This document shows positions 8,877 through 19,737 of a DNA stretch of 64,000 bases, one piece after another. This DNA comes from an uncultured delta proteobacterium (GTDB lineage Bacteria > Desulfobacterota > Desulfobaccia > Desulfobaccales > 0-14-0-80-60-11). Every line of letters begins with the position of its first letter. The stretch's first letter is position 1. Location of the stretch: contig CAWETI010000002.1 in assembly GCA_963812015.1 (NCBI GenBank), forward strand, positions 1,536,001 to 1,600,000, read 5' to 3'. The notes beneath the pieces were generated by a model. It was not told the origin of the DNA and did not search any database. It saw only the letters and a program-made list of their open reading frames with translations. The translations under genes were made by a program, and so were the position numbers.

Positions 8877-10292
8877 TCAGAGCACGGCTTTGGCCGCGGC
8901 CTTGGCCAGTTCGACGATGCGGTCCGGGAAGAAGCCGAAGCCGATGATGATGGCCGCCAGGGCATAGTTGAGCAGCCGGATGGGCAGGCTCAGGGTAATG
9001 GGGGGCAGCCCCGGGTCATCGATGAAGTAGGCGGCATAGATCACTTTCAGATAGTAATACAGGCAGATGGTGCCGTTCACCGCCCCGATGAGGACCAGCC
9101 AGAAGTATCCGGAGTTCATGGCCGAAGTGAAAATGAGCAGCTTGCCGGTGAAGCCGATGGACGGCGGCACCCCGGCCAGGGCGAAGATCCCTAAAATCAG
9201 GCTCATGCCCAACAGGGGGCAGCGGCGGTAGAGGCCGGCCAGTTCGGCGATCTTGAGGTCCCGGCCGTCAGTGGCCACCTCGGAGAGCACCATGAACACG
9301 GTGAAGTTCATCACCAGGTAGGCCAGGGCATAGTAGATGGCACCGATGTAGCCGGCTTCGGTTATGGTCAGGACGCCCATGAGGAAGACGCCGGCATGGG
9401 CGATGGAGGAGTAGGCCAGCAGGCGTTTAAAATCTTTCTGGACAATGGCCACCAGGTTGCCCAGGGTCATGGAGACGATGGAGAGGATGACCAGGGCGAT
9501 GGTGAAATTATAGCCAAAGGCGTGGCCCAAAACCGCCAGGCGCAGCAGCAGGGCGACGGCGGCGGCTTTGGAGGCGGTGGCGATGAAGGCGACGACCTGG
9601 TTGGTCGCCCCCTGGTAGACATCCGGGGCCCAGAAGTGGAAGGGGAATACCGAGAGCTTGAAGAAAAAGCCCGCCATGGCCAGGAGCAGCCCGATGATGC
9701 CGATGGGGCTGTTCACCAGCAGGGCCATCTTGGGAAGAATGTCGACCAGGTAGGTGGAGCCGGTGGCGCCGAAGATGTAGCTTAAGCCGAAGAGCATGAA
9801 GCCCGAGGACACGGCGCCGATGAAGAGATACTTGATGCCGGCTTCCACGTCGATGCCGTCACCGCGCCGGAGGGGCACCAGGATATACAGGGAGTAGGAG
9901 GACAGCTCCAGGGCCACGTAAATGGTGAGGAGTTCCACCGAACTCACCAGCATCATCATGCCGATGGTGGTGGTGGTGAGGAAGAGGTAGAATTCCGCCT
10001 GGTAGCGCTCCTCAATCTGGGCCAGGTTGTGGGAGATGGTCAAGACCAGGAAGAGACCCAGGGCCAGGGCGAACTTGAAGATCTGGCTGAACAGGTCCAC
10101 CCGGTAGGCCTTGAAGAACAGGTCCCCCTGTTGAAACAGGCAATAGCCGGTGACCAAGACGCCGATGGCCGACAAGGCCAGGGCAACCTGGTAGTCCAGC
10201 CGCACCTGCACCTCGCGCCTCAAGGTGAAGCAGAAGAAGACCAGGGCCATGCCCAGATAATAGAGTTCCGGTCCGAAGAGCATCATGTTCAT
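8877..10292 (-). CDS. nuoN: NADH-quinone oxidoreductase subunit N
   Basis: EAGIKY, FKLSVFPFHFWAPDVYQG, KRLLAYSSIAH; last gene of the nuo series. Confidence 0.93.
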   Translation of the reverse strand: MNMMLFGPELYYLGMALVFFCFTLRREVQVRLDYQVALALSAIGVLVTGYCLFQQGDLFFKAYRVDLFSQIFKFALALGLFLVLTISHNLAQIEERYQAEFYLFLTTTTIGMMMLVSSVELLTIYVALELSSYSLYILVPLRRGDGIDVEAGIKYLFIGAVSSGFMLFGLSYIFGATGSTYLVDILPKMALLVNSPIGIIGLLLAMAGFFFKLSVFPFHFWAPDVYQGATNQVVAFIATASKAAAVALLLRLAVLGHAFGYNFTIALVILSIVSMTLGNLVAIVQKDFKRLLAYSSIAHAGVFLMGVLTITEAGYIGAIYYALAYLVMNFTVFMVLSEVATDGRDLKIAELAGLYRRCPLLGMSLILGIFALAGVPPSIGFTGKLLIFTSAMNSGYFWLVLIGAVNGTICLYYYLKVIYAAYFIDDPGLPPITLSLPIRLLNYALAAIIIGFGFFPDRIVELAKAAAKAVL

Positions 10293-10294
10293 GG

Positions 10295-11767
10295 TTACAT
10301 TCCCTGGAGAAACGGTACTACCGATGATTTAATCATGCTGACCATCAGCTGCGGGAAGAACCCGAAAAGGAGCAGGGTGCCGATGAGGATCATGCGGGGC
10401 AGCGCCAGGAAGGGGCTGACGTCCTCAAAGTGCACGAATTTCGGGTTGGGTTGGTTGAAGAAGGTGCTTTGGACCACCCGCAAGGCAAACAGGGCGCCCA
10501 CCACCAGGGCGGCGATGGCTAACAGGCCGGCCACCGGGAAGACCTTGACCGCGGCGACAAAGACCAGCAATTCGGCCCAGAAGCTGGCAAACCCTGGCAC
10601 CCCGGCGCCACAGAGGGCGGCGGTGATGAAGAAGGCGGAAGCCACGGGCATGATCTTGGAGAAGCCCCCCAATTGGTGGATATCCCGGGTGTGGGTGCGG
10701 TCATAGATATAGCCCACCGAGGAGAAGAAAAGGGCGGTCATGGCGCCATGGGCGAACATCTGGAACACCGAGCCGTTGAGGCCGTCCACGGTGCCGGTTG
10801 ACAGCCCCAGGCAGACGATGCCCATGTGGGAGACCGAAGAATAGCCGATGACGTATTTCAGATCGGTCTGGGCCAGGCCCACGAACACCCCGTAAACGAT
10901 GCCGACGGTGGCCAAGAGCATCATGAGATTGGCCCAGTATTGGAAGCCCTCGGGGAGCAGAAACATGGCGACCCGCAGGATGGCGAAGGAGCCCAGCTTC
11001 ATCAACACGCCCGCATGGAGCATGCTGACGGCGGTGGGAGCCGCCACGTGGCCGACGGGGGACCATGTGTGGAGCGGCCAAACCGCGGCCAGCACCCCAA
11101 ACCCGAAAAACAGGAGGATGAAGGCAACCTTCTGAACCCAGGGGGTGAAGTGGGCTCCGTGGAGCATGAGCATGTTGAAGGTGTTGAGCCCTGAGCTGGC
11201 ATAGAGGAGCAGGATGCCGGGGATAATGAGACCACTACCGGCCATGAGGTACAAGGTCAGCTTCATGGCGGCGTATTCTTTGCGGGTGGAGCCCCAGACC
11301 AGGATGAGGATGTACATGGGCACCACGGCGATCTCATAGAACAGGAAGAAGAAGAACATGTCGTAGGACATGAAGACGCCGAATACTCCGGTCACCAGGG
11401 CCATCATCCAGATGAAGTATTCCTTGGTGCGGGTCTCCAGTTCCCACATGGTGAGACAGCCGGTGAAGATGACGATGCCGGTGAGGAGCAGCATCGGGGC
11501 ATTCAGGCCTTCGACGCCCACAAAGTAGGTGATGCCGAAGGTCTTCACCCACTCGTACTTCTCCACGTACTGCAGGCCCCCCAGACCCTTGTCGTAGGTC
11601 ACAAAGACGAAGATGGCCAGAGCCATGGAGATACCGGCCGCCACCACGCTTACTGCCCGGATAAGGAACTTCTGCTCTTCCTTCAGGGTAAGGAGGATGA
11701 GCAGACCCGTAAACGGGGCCAGCAGCATACAACTCAAATACGGAAATGAAGCAGCATGTTCGGTCAT
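10295..11767 (-). CDS. nuoM: NADH-quinone oxidoreductase subunit M
   Basis: WPLHTWSP, APTAVSMLHAGVLMKLG, YSSVSHMG. Confidence 0.93.
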   Translation of the reverse strand: MTEHAASFPYLSCMLLAPFTGLLILLTLKEEQKFLIRAVSVVAAGISMALAIFVFVTYDKGLGGLQYVEKYEWVKTFGITYFVGVEGLNAPMLLLTGIVIFTGCLTMWELETRTKEYFIWMMALVTGVFGVFMSYDMFFFFLFYEIAVVPMYILILVWGSTRKEYAAMKLTLYLMAGSGLIIPGILLLYASSGLNTFNMLMLHGAHFTPWVQKVAFILLFFGFGVLAAVWPLHTWSPVGHVAAPTAVSMLHAGVLMKLGSFAILRVAMFLLPEGFQYWANLMMLLATVGIVYGVFVGLAQTDLKYVIGYSSVSHMGIVCLGLSTGTVDGLNGSVFQMFAHGAMTALFFSSVGYIYDRTHTRDIHQLGGFSKIMPVASAFFITAALCGAGVPGFASFWAELLVFVAAVKVFPVAGLLAIAALVVGALFALRVVQSTFFNQPNPKFVHFEDVSPFLALPRMILIGTLLLFGFFPQLMVSMIKSSVVPFLQGM

Positions 11768-11768
11768 A

Positions 11769-13727
11769 TCAGCGACCCATCACGAGATAGATCCCGACGC
11801 CAGCCAGGACCAGTACCATAAACAGCAGGTTGTATTGTAAAAACGCGGTTTGAATATAGGACAGTATCCGGCCGCTGCCGACGGTGGAGAAGGCCACCGC
11901 ATCGACGCCGCCATCCACCACCCGGCGGTCGTTGTAGGTGAACACCCGGGAAAAGGTGCCATAGATGAACCGGTTCAGGAACCAGCGCCAGAAATGGTCC
12001 ATGTACCACTTCTGGATGAAAAAGTTTTGCAGGGCGGGGACCTTACTGATGAAGCCGACACATTTGGCGTTCTTGGCGCCCCAATCGAACCAGGCCAGCA
12101 CGATGCCCCCCACGGCGCAGCTAACCGCCGAGGCCAGGAGGAAGTAATTCATGGCGTGGTGATGCACTTCCCCCAGGAGCATCTTTTGGAGATAGCCTTC
12201 ACAGAAACCCAGGATCAGGGTGAAAGAGGCCAGCACGATGAGGGGGAAGGCCATGACCCAGGGCACCCCGTGAGGCTCGTCGTGGCCGTGGCCGTGGCCG
12301 GCGGCATCATGGCCGTGGGCGTCCTGCCCATGGGCCTCTTCTTCGACGGGGACAACATGGCCGGGGACCTGGGCATAAGCTGAAGGCTGCTTGGGGAAGA
12401 GCATGACAAAGATTACCCGGAAGGCGTAATACGCGGTCAGGAAGGCGCCTCCCAGGCCCAGGACCAACCAGAGCTTGTTGTCTAAATGGGCCAGGGCCGT
12501 CAACACCAGTTCCTTACTGAAGAAGCCGGCCAGGGGGAAGATGCCGGCCAGGGCCAGGGCGGCAATGGTGATGCAGGTCATGGGGATGATCAGCTTGCGC
12601 CCCCCCTGGGTGGCCATGGTAAAGAAGTCGTTGGTGCCGAAATGGTGGATGAAAACACCGGAACAGAGGAACAGGAGGGCCTTGAAGGCCGCATGGGTGG
12701 TCAGGTGGTAGTAGCCGGCGAACAGGGTGCCGGAGGCCAGGGCCGCGGCGGCGAGGCCCATGGCCATGAAGCCTAGCTGGCTCACGGTGGAGTAGGCCCA
12801 GACCTGCTTGATGTCCGTGGCCACCATGCCGATGGTGGAAGACAGGATCAGGGTGATGGAGGCGATGACAAGGATTACGGTCATGGCCGTGGCCGAGGCC
12901 GCAAAGAACGGGAAGATCCGGGTCATGAGGTAGACGCCGGCGGCCACCATGGTGGCGGAATGGAGCAAGGCCGAGACCGGGGTGGGGCCTTCCATGGCGT
13001 CCGGGAGCCAGACGTGCAGCGGGAACTGGGCGCTTTTGCCCATGACGCCGCAGAAGATCAAGAGGGCCGAGGTGGTGAGGAGCCAGGGGGGCATCTTGTG
13101 GGCCACCGCGGCGGCGTTAACCGTGGCGATATCCAGGTTGCCGTAGAACAGCACCAGGAAGACCAGGCCCATGAAGAAGCCGATATCCCCGAAGCGGGTG
13201 ACCACAAAGGCCTTTTTGCCGGCTTCGGAGGCGGAGAATTTCTCGTACCAGAAGCCGATGAGGAGATAGGAGGCCAGGCCCACCAGCTCCCAGGCGATGT
13301 ACAACTGGAGGAGGCCGCTGGAGATCACCAGGGTAAGCATGGCCAGGGCAAAGAGGGACAGGTCGGCGTAATACCGGCCGAACCCGGGGTCCCCCGCCAT
13401 GTAGCCGATGGAGTAGACCTGCACCAGCCAGCTGATGGTGGCCACGATCACGAACATGATCAGGCTGGTAGGATCAAGGAGAAAGCCGAAGGGCACCTTG
13501 ACGATGTCGGACACCAGCCAGTCGAAATTGTAGATGATGGGTGCGTGGCTACCCAGCTTGAAGAAAAAGGTCCAGGCAATCACCAGGGGGATGGTGGAGG
13601 CCACGAGGGAGATGGCCAGAGACAGCTTGGGATTATCCCTGGTGAAGATCATAATCAGGGCGAAGGCCGACAACGGCAAAAAGACCGTCAGCAGACAACC
13701 TAAGAGAATCGGATCAGACAAACCCAT
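11769..13727 (-). CDS. nuoL: NADH-quinone oxidoreductase subunit L
   Basis: GKSAQFPLHVWLPDAMEGPTPVSALLHSATMV, YSTVSQLG, HAAFKALLFL, His-rich loop; ATG 13727 chosen over TTG 13733. Confidence 0.95.
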   Translation of the reverse strand: MGLSDPILLGCLLTVFLPLSAFALIMIFTRDNPKLSLAISLVASTIPLVIAWTFFFKLGSHAPIIYNFDWLVSDIVKVPFGFLLDPTSLIMFVIVATISWLVQVYSIGYMAGDPGFGRYYADLSLFALAMLTLVISSGLLQLYIAWELVGLASYLLIGFWYEKFSASEAGKKAFVVTRFGDIGFFMGLVFLVLFYGNLDIATVNAAAVAHKMPPWLLTTSALLIFCGVMGKSAQFPLHVWLPDAMEGPTPVSALLHSATMVAAGVYLMTRIFPFFAASATAMTVILVIASITLILSSTIGMVATDIKQVWAYSTVSQLGFMAMGLAAAALASGTLFAGYYHLTTHAAFKALLFLCSGVFIHHFGTNDFFTMATQGGRKLIIPMTCITIAALALAGIFPLAGFFSKELVLTALAHLDNKLWLVLGLGGAFLTAYYAFRVIFVMLFPKQPSAYAQVPGHVVPVEEEAHGQDAHGHDAAGHGHGHDEPHGVPWVMAFPLIVLASFTLILGFCEGYLQKMLLGEVHHHAMNYFLLASAVSCAVGGIVLAWFDWGAKNAKCVGFISKVPALQNFFIQKWYMDHFWRWFLNRFIYGTFSRVFTYNDRRVVDGGVDAVAFSTVGSGRILSYIQTAFLQYNLLFMVLVLAGVGIYLVMGR

Positions 13728-13729
13728 GA

Positions 13730-14047
13730 TCAACCCCTAAGCTCGGTGGCGTGTTCGACGTTGATGGATTTCAGTTTCCGGTACACGGCCACGATAATGC
13801 TCAAGGCGATGGCGGCTTCCGCCGCGGCCACGGCCATGATGAACAGGGTAATGACCTGCCCGACGGCCGGGTGGGGCGCCAGGAAGCGGTTGAAGGCCAT
13901 GAAATTGATGCTGGCGGCGTTCAAGATCAGCTCCACGGAAATCAGGATGGCGATGAGCGAGCGCCTGGTCAGGACACCGTAGAGGCCGATGACAAAGAGC
14001 ATCAGGGCCAGATAGAGGTAAGTCTGCAATTGGTTAAACAGCAACAT
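13730..14047 (-). CDS. nuoK: NADH-quinone oxidoreductase subunit K
   Basis: SVELILNA, AVAAAEAAIAL. Confidence 0.93.
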   Translation of the reverse strand: MLLFNQLQTYLYLALMLFVIGLYGVLTRRSLIAILISVELILNAASINFMAFNRFLAPHPAVGQVITLFIMAVAAAEAAIALSIIVAVYRKLKSINVEHATELRG

Positions 14048-14061
14048 CTCAAACCCTCGGA

Positions 14062-14595
14062 TTAAGGTTTACCGCGGCCGCCCCGGGCAGTGACGATGGC
14101 GCCCAGCATGGCCACCAGCAGCAGCAGCGAAACCAGTTCAAAGATTAAGGCGTAATTGGTGAGGAGGTAATGACCGATGGTGGTGATGGACCAATCGGCG
14201 CTCCGTTCCGGGGCCGGGGTCCACTGGGTCTTCTTCAGCAACAGCGCCAGGAAAACAAAGATGGCGCCGGCGCCCACCGCGGCCCCCAGGACCTTGGCCC
14301 GGTTGCGGGGCGGCGGGGGGAGATACAGGGGCGTGGAGAGCATGATGGCAAAGCAAATGGCGATGCAGATGGCCCCGACATAGATGAGGATCTCCATCAG
14401 GGCGACGAAGGGGCTGTTGAGAAAGAGAAAGATACCGGACACCCCGAACAGGGAGAGACACAACCCCAGGACATTGTGGAAGATGCTCCGGGCTCCCACC
14501 GCGATGAGAGCGCCCAGGATGGTGAGTCCCACCACCATCACAAAGGCGGCGGTGGCCGCAGTCTGGGGAGTCAACCAGGCGCTTACGAAGTTCAT
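14062..14595 (-). CDS. nuoJ: NADH-quinone oxidoreductase subunit J
   Basis: ILIYVGAI, FELVSLLLLVAMLGAI. Confidence 0.9.
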   Translation of the reverse strand: MNFVSAWLTPQTAATAAFVMVVGLTILGALIAVGARSIFHNVLGLCLSLFGVSGIFLFLNSPFVALMEILIYVGAICIAICFAIMLSTPLYLPPPPRNRAKVLGAAVGAGAIFVFLALLLKKTQWTPAPERSADWSITTIGHYLLTNYALIFELVSLLLLVAMLGAIVTARGGRGKP

Positions 14596-15191
14596 TCTTT
14601 GACCTCTTTGTTCTCTTTGGAGGGGGCCGCTTTGGCCTCGGCTTTCGCTTTGGCTTCTTGTTCTTTTGCGGCTTTCGCCGCAGCCTCAGCCGCAATAGCC
14701 GCGGCGATGTCCGCTTCCGTCGGGATAGGAGTGACGGGCAGGCCGGCAGCCTTCTGCCGGGTTTGCAGCAAGGTCAGGTGATCGAAGACGAAATCTTCCC
14801 GGGTGTAGCCCGCCAGCCGGTAAACCTGGGAGAATTCCAGGGCCGAGGTGGGGCAGACTTCAACGCACAGGCCGCAAAGACTGCAATATTGATGCTCATG
14901 GATGTACTTGGTGGCTCGCTTCTGCTTTTCCCCGGGGAACTTCGTGCCCTCCACGGTAATTAGTTGGGAGGGGCAGATGCGGGCGCACATCTCGCAGGCG
15001 ATGCACTTGTGCGTCTGGGTCTCGGGGTCGATGATAAACTGGGGATAGCCCCGATACCTCGGGGTCATCTGGATCTTTTCCCGAGGGTACTGGACGGTGA
15101 CGATGGGTTTGACAAAGTAGCGGATGGTCACCGCCATGCCTGCCAACAGACTCCAAAACCCCACCGCAATTTCTTTGAAATAACTCATCAT
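14592..15191 (-). CDS. nuoI: NADH-quinone oxidoreductase subunit I (2x[4Fe-4S])
   Basis: TVQYP, CIACEMCARICP, CSLCGLCVEVCP; Ala/Lys-rich C-terminal tail. Confidence 0.93.
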   Translation of the reverse strand: MMSYFKEIAVGFWSLLAGMAVTIRYFVKPIVTVQYPREKIQMTPRYRGYPQFIIDPETQTHKCIACEMCARICPSQLITVEGTKFPGEKQKRATKYIHEHQYCSLCGLCVEVCPTSALEFSQVYRLAGYTREDFVFDHLTLLQTRQKAAGLPVTPIPTEADIAAAIAAEAAAKAAKEQEAKAKAEAKAAPSKENKEVKE

Positions 15192-15230
15192 CGCTACTCA
15201 ACCTTTATTCCGGCAGTTAACCGGCCCACC

Positions 15231-16205
15231 TCATCTAAGTTTCAGCACAAAGGCAGTTATGAGCAGATTGACAAAGGCCAGAGGGATCAAGATTTTCCAG
15301 GCGAAAGTGACCAGTTGGTCGAAGCGCACCCGGGGGAAGGTCCAACGGAACCACATGAGCAGAAAGACCATGGCATAGACCTTGATAAGGAACCAGATGA
15401 CCCCGGGCAGGAAGGGCCCGTGCCAGCCTCCCAGGAAGAGCACCGTGGCCACCGCCGAGGCGATGAAGATGTTGGTATATTCCGCCAGGAAGAAGAGGGC
15501 GAACCGCATCCCGGTGTATTCGGTGTGGAAGCCGGCCACCAGTTCAGATTCCGCTTCCGGAAGGTCAAAGGGGGCCCGGTTGGTCTCGGCGGTGGCGCAG
15601 ATAATATAGAGAATGAACGCCAGGGGCTGCACCGCCACGAACCAGTAACGGCTCTGGGCGGCGACAATATCGGAGAGCCTGAACGACCCCACCATGAGAA
15701 TGATACTCATGACGGTGACGAGCAGGGGAATTTCGTAGGCCACGTTCTGGGCCACGGAGCGGATGGCGCCTAAGACCGAGTACTTATTGTTGGACGACCA
15801 TCCGGCCATGAGAATGGCCAGCACCGACAGGGTGGAGAAGGCGAGGATCAGAACGATGCCGACGTTCATGTCCCGGAGGATCAGGGTTTGGGAAAAGGGA
15901 ATGACCAGGAAGGAGAGCAGAACCGGCAGGAAGACCACGATGGGGGCCAGCCAATAGATGGGCTTGTCCACTTCTTCCGGGGTGATGAGCTCCTTGCCCA
16001 TGAGCTTGAGGGCATCAGCCAGGGACTGGAGGACTCCGTGGGGGCCGACCTCCATGGGGCCGGGGCGGAGCTGTATATGAGCCGATACTTTGCGCTCCAC
16101 CCAGATGAGAAACAAGGCGTTCACCGAAACCAGGGCGATGACCCCGATCAGGCCCACGATCATCCGGGCCCCAGCACTACCCAATAATTGCCCCACAAGT
16201 TCCAT
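15231..16205 (-). CDS. nuoH: NADH-quinone oxidoreductase subunit H
   Basis: [42 protein letters not shown]. Confidence 0.95.
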   Translation of the reverse strand: MELVGQLLGSAGARMIVGLIGVIALVSVNALFLIWVERKVSAHIQLRPGPMEVGPHGVLQSLADALKLMGKELITPEEVDKPIYWLAPIVVFLPVLLSFLVIPFSQTLILRDMNVGIVLILAFSTLSVLAILMAGWSSNNKYSVLGAIRSVAQNVAYEIPLLVTVMSIILMVGSFRLSDIVAAQSRYWFVAVQPLAFILYIICATAETNRAPFDLPEAESELVAGFHTEYTGMRFALFFLAEYTNIFIASAVATVLFLGGWHGPFLPGVIWFLIKVYAMVFLLMWFRWTFPRVRFDQLVTFAWKILIPLAFVNLLITAFVLKLR

Positions 16206-16226
16206 AGTTTGCGCTCGTATCCGTAC

Positions 16227-17342
16227 TTACCGGTCAATCTCCGGGATGACCACGTCAATGGAGCCCAGGTTGGCCACCAGGTCGGCAACCAGGTTGTCCA
16301 CGGCCATTTCCGGGAAGAGGCTGAGATTGGCAAAGGACGGGACCCGAAGTTTGATCCGATAGGGTTTCACGTCACCCTGGCTGACGATGTAGCAGCCGAA
16401 TTCCCCCCGGGCGGTTTCCACGGCCTGGTAGACCTCGCCCACCGGCGGCTTGATGCGTTTGGGCACTTTTTCCGCCATGATGGGGCCGTCGGGGAGCTTG
16501 TTGCAGGCCTGCTCGATGATGCGGCAGCTCTGCTCCATCTCGGCCAGGCGTACTATATAGCGGTCAAAAATGTCGCCCTTGGACCCGATGGGGATCTCAA
16601 AATCAAAGAGCGGATAGGCGGAATAGGGCTCGCTTTTGCGGATATCGTAAGGGATGCCGCTGCCCCGGAGGTTGGGGCCGGTGATGCCGTATTTGACGCA
16701 CTGATCCTTGGTGATGAAGCCGACGTCCCGGGCCCGGTTGATGAAGATGACGTTCTTGGTCACCAGGTTGTCGTAGTCGGCCCAGCGGCTGCGCAGCCGC
16801 TGAATGAAGGCCCGGCAGCCGGTGATGAATTCCTCATCGAGATCAACGGGGACGCCGCCGAACCGATAGAAGCAGTAGGTGAGGCGCGAGCCGGTGATGC
16901 GGTCCAGGAGGTCCAGGATATGCTCCCGGTCGTCAAAACAATACATGATGGGGGTGAAGGCCCCCAGGTCCAGGAGATAGGCGCCGAACCACAGCAGGTG
17001 GGAAGTGATGCGGTTGAGTTCGGCGAGGATTACCCGGATGAACTCGGCCCGCTCCGGGACCGTGAGGCCCAGGAGTTTTTCCACCGCCATGCAATAGCCC
17101 TGATTGTAGGCCAGGGCGTGGAGGTAATCCACCCGTCCCATATTCGGCAGGAATTGCTGGTAATTGCGATTCTCCGCCATGTGCTCGTGGCCACGGTGCC
17201 CGTAACCGATGACCGGCTCCGCCTTGGTGATGAACTCGCCGTCCATCTCCAGGAGCACCCGCAGGACGCCGTGGGTGCTGGGATGCTGCGGACCCAAATT
17301 CAGGGTATAAGTCTTTTCTTCTAGTCCGAATAGCTCAATCAT
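16227..17342 (-). CDS. nuoD: NADH-quinone oxidoreductase subunit D
   Basis: LGPQHPSTHGVLR, RVDYL, C-terminal EIDR; no CxxC Ni-binding motifs. Confidence 0.93.
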   Translation of the reverse strand: MIELFGLEEKTYTLNLGPQHPSTHGVLRVLLEMDGEFITKAEPVIGYGHRGHEHMAENRNYQQFLPNMGRVDYLHALAYNQGYCMAVEKLLGLTVPERAEFIRVILAELNRITSHLLWFGAYLLDLGAFTPIMYCFDDREHILDLLDRITGSRLTYCFYRFGGVPVDLDEEFITGCRAFIQRLRSRWADYDNLVTKNVIFINRARDVGFITKDQCVKYGITGPNLRGSGIPYDIRKSEPYSAYPLFDFEIPIGSKGDIFDRYIVRLAEMEQSCRIIEQACNKLPDGPIMAEKVPKRIKPPVGEVYQAVETARGEFGCYIVSQGDVKPYRIKLRVPSFANLSLFPEMAVDNLVADLVANLGSIDVVIPEIDR

Positions 17343-17781
17343 TGCCCTGGGACTCTCCGAAATCTTTCAGTAAGGGATGGAAATCGGCATCTTCCGGCAG
17401 CAAGATTCGCTTCAGGTTGGGATGCCCGAAGAAATGGATGCCGAAGAGGTCAAAGACCTCCCGCTCATACCAATCAGCCCCCGGATAGATCTGGGAGATG
17501 GTGTACATGCCCTTCTTCTTGCCGAGAGGCACGTGCACGACGGTCCGGCATAGTTCATCGAAACTGGCGAAGTGGTACACCAGGTCGAAAGAGTCTCTTA
17601 AGTCCACCGCGGTGAAGGATTCCAGGAAGCAACCCGCGTCCAGCATAACCTGGGCCACGTCCGACATTTGGGTCGGTTGGGCTGCCACCTCCAGGTGGTA
17701 TCCGGTCTTGGCGTAGTCGCCCTCGGCCACCTTTTCGAGATTCAAGGGGGCCAGCGCTTTGTGGAGATTATCCTTTAGCAT
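17335..17781 (-). CDS. nuoC: NADH-quinone oxidoreductase subunit C
   Basis: [32 protein letters not shown]. Confidence 0.92.
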   Translation of the reverse strand: MLKDNLHKALAPLNLEKVAEGDYAKTGYHLEVAAQPTQMSDVAQVMLDAGCFLESFTAVDLRDSFDLVYHFASFDELCRTVVHVPLGKKKGMYTISQIYPGADWYEREVFDLFGIHFFGHPNLKRILLPEDADFHPLLKDFGESQGND

Positions 17782-18268
17782 CTCTGAACTTCCTGAGACG
17801 GCCCCGTTTGGTGATTTTTTCTTCCAGTAGAAGGATGCCTTCGATCAACGTCTCAGGCCGGGGCGGACAGCCGGGGACGTAGACGTCCACGGGGATGATG
17901 AGGTCGGCGCCGGGAACGATGGCATACTGGGTCGGATAATAAAAGGGGCCACCAGAAATGGCGCAGTTCCCCATGGCGATGACCCATTTGGGGGCGGGCA
18001 TCTGCTCGTAGAGCCGCACCACTGCCGGAGCCATCTTCTTGGAGATGGTGCCGGCCACGATCATCAGGTCGCACTGCCGGGGTGAGGGCCGGAAAACCTC
18101 GGCCCCGAAACGGGCCAGATCAAACCGGGCCATGCCCACGGCCATCATCTCGATGGCGCAGCAGGCCAGGCCGAAGGTCATGGGCCACAGAGAATTGGCC
18201 CGGGCCAGGTTGAGGGCCTTTTCCAGGACTCCAAAATGGATTAGGGGTTCACCTGTTTTCGTTTCCAA
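17768..18268 (-). CDS. nuoB: NADH-quinone oxidoreductase subunit B (TTG start)
   Basis: [35 protein letters not shown] upstream of TTG 18268 (ORF-track start 18490 lies inside nuoA). Confidence 0.93.
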   Translation of the reverse strand: METKTGEPLIHFGVLEKALNLARANSLWPMTFGLACCAIEMMAVGMARFDLARFGAEVFRPSPRQCDLMIVAGTISKKMAPAVVRLYEQMPAPKWVIAMGNCAISGGPFYYPTQYAIVPGADLIIPVDVYVPGCPPRPETLIEGILLLEEKITKRGRLRKFRDAKG

Positions 18269-18633
18269 CTGAACACTCCTCTGTTCCAGGCATAGACGAT
18301 GACCAGGGACAGAATGCCGATGAAGATGGTTACTTCGATGAAGTCCCGCCAGACATAGCCTTTGCCGTAGGCCAACAGCACCGGGAAGAGAAAGAGCACA
18401 TCCACGTCGAAGGCCAGGAACAGCAAGGCAAAGAGATAGTAGATCACCGCTACCTGAATCCAGGCGCTGCCGATGGTGGGCATGCCGCATTCATACACGG
18501 CGTCCCGGGCGGCGCCGAAGCTCCGGGGGGCGATCAGTTTGGCGATGAGGAGGGGACCCATGGCGAACAGCCCCGCTGCCACCAGGTACACGAGAACAAA
18601 CGAGAAATCGCTCAAGGCCTGCGGAATTTCCAA
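18241..18633 (-). CDS. nuoA: NADH-quinone oxidoreductase subunit A (TTG start)
   Basis: [26 protein letters not shown]. Confidence 0.92.
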   Translation of the reverse strand: MEIPQALSDFSFVLVYLVAAGLFAMGPLLIAKLIAPRSFGAARDAVYECGMPTIGSAWIQVAVIYYLFALLFLAFDVDVLFLFPVLLAYGKGYVWRDFIEVTIFIGILSLVIVYAWNRGVFSWKRKQVNP

Positions 18634-18670
18634 CGCCCGACTCCTTGTGCTTTTTGGTACAACCTCGCCT

Positions 18671-18700
18671 TTTATACCCCAGGGGGGAAAACATAGTCAA
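18671..18700 (-). promoter_or_regulatory. candidate sigma70 promoter of the nuo operon
   Basis: minus strand TTGACT, 18 nt, TATAAA, ending about 37 nt upstream of nuoA. Confidence 0.5.
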
Positions 18701-18923
18701 GGAGTTTTTCCCCGCTCAGTGGAAAAAAACTTCTGGCGCCAGAGCAAGCACTGGCTCAAAAAGAGTTTTTCCTCACAAGAAAATTCGAACCAAGTGAATT
18801 TAAGCAGCCGTTGTTTCTCAAAACATGTTAGCATCGATCGAATGGCGGTGGCGCGGCGCAGGCCGGGCCTCGGTCCCCGGGGGCTTTGGCTCGAGTGGCC
18901 ACGAAAAAGGAGTGGGCAGGCGG

Positions 18924-19658
18924 ATGTCTCACTGGGAAGATTTGACCATGCCGGGTTTCGAGGCCCTGGGGCAGAAAACCCAAACGGTGATCTTGCCGGT
19001 GGGGTCGCTGGAGGAGCATGGGCCGCATCTGCCCCTGGGCACGGACACTTTTCACGCCCTGGAGGTGGCCCGGCGGGTGGCGGACCTGCGCCCGGTGGTG
19101 GTGGCCCCGCCCCTGTTTTACGGCATGTGCCGCTCTACCCGGGAGCATCCGGGCACGGTGAGTATCTCGGGGGACGCCTTGCGGGCCCTGCTCCTTTCGG
19201 TGGGCCGAGAATTCCACCGCCAGGGGATGCGCCACCTGGTGTTCGTCAGCGGCCACGCCGGCGGCACCCATATCAGCGCCATCGTCGAGGCGGCCGAATG
19301 CCTGCTGGCGGAGCTGCCCGAGGTTAGGGTCGCGGTGGTCAATCTGCTGGAGCTGCTCCGGGAGGTGCTGGCGGATAAACCGGACCTGGTCAAAACCCGG
19401 GGGGACTCTCATGCCGGGGAGGTGGAGACGGCCATCATGATGGCGGCCTACCCGCATCTGGTTAAGGGGAGCGCCCCGGAGGAATGGCCTCGATTTCCCC
19501 GGTACCTGCTGGTACGGGATAAACGGCGTTACTGGCCTGGAGGGGTGTGGGGCAATCCGGCCCCAGCCACCGCCGCCCAGGGCGAGGAAATCTTAGCAGC
19601 GGAGGCAGCCAGATTGGCTAAGGTTATCAGTGAGTTAGAAGAGTTCAGGAATGATTAG
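18924..19658 (+). CDS. creatininase/creatinine amidohydrolase family protein
   Basis: LPVGSLEEHGPHLPLGTD, HPGTVS, GHAGG, DSHAGEVET, GVWGNP; ATG 18924. Confidence 0.9.
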   Translation: MSHWEDLTMPGFEALGQKTQTVILPVGSLEEHGPHLPLGTDTFHALEVARRVADLRPVVVAPPLFYGMCRSTREHPGTVSISGDALRALLLSVGREFHRQGMRHLVFVSGHAGGTHISAIVEAAECLLAELPEVRVAVVNLLELLREVLADKPDLVKTRGDSHAGEVETAIMMAAYPHLVKGSAPEEWPRFPRYLLVRDKRRYWPGGVWGNPAPATAAQGEEILAAEAARLAKVISELEEFRND

Positions 19659-19737
19659 GTTTTTTCCTTGACAATATTTCGGATATATACAAAGATACAA
19701 GCACAATATTTATCGGAACAGAAAGGGAATATCTTTA

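Noticed and set aside
16227..18268. NuoB/NuoD as a membrane-bound NiFe hydrogenase
   Set aside because: The large subunit lacks both CxxC motifs and ends in EIDR, as in complex I.
18924..19658. Creatininase-family gene as a mycofactocin/RiPP peptidase
   Set aside because: No radical SAM enzyme, precursor peptide or other pathway genes nearby.
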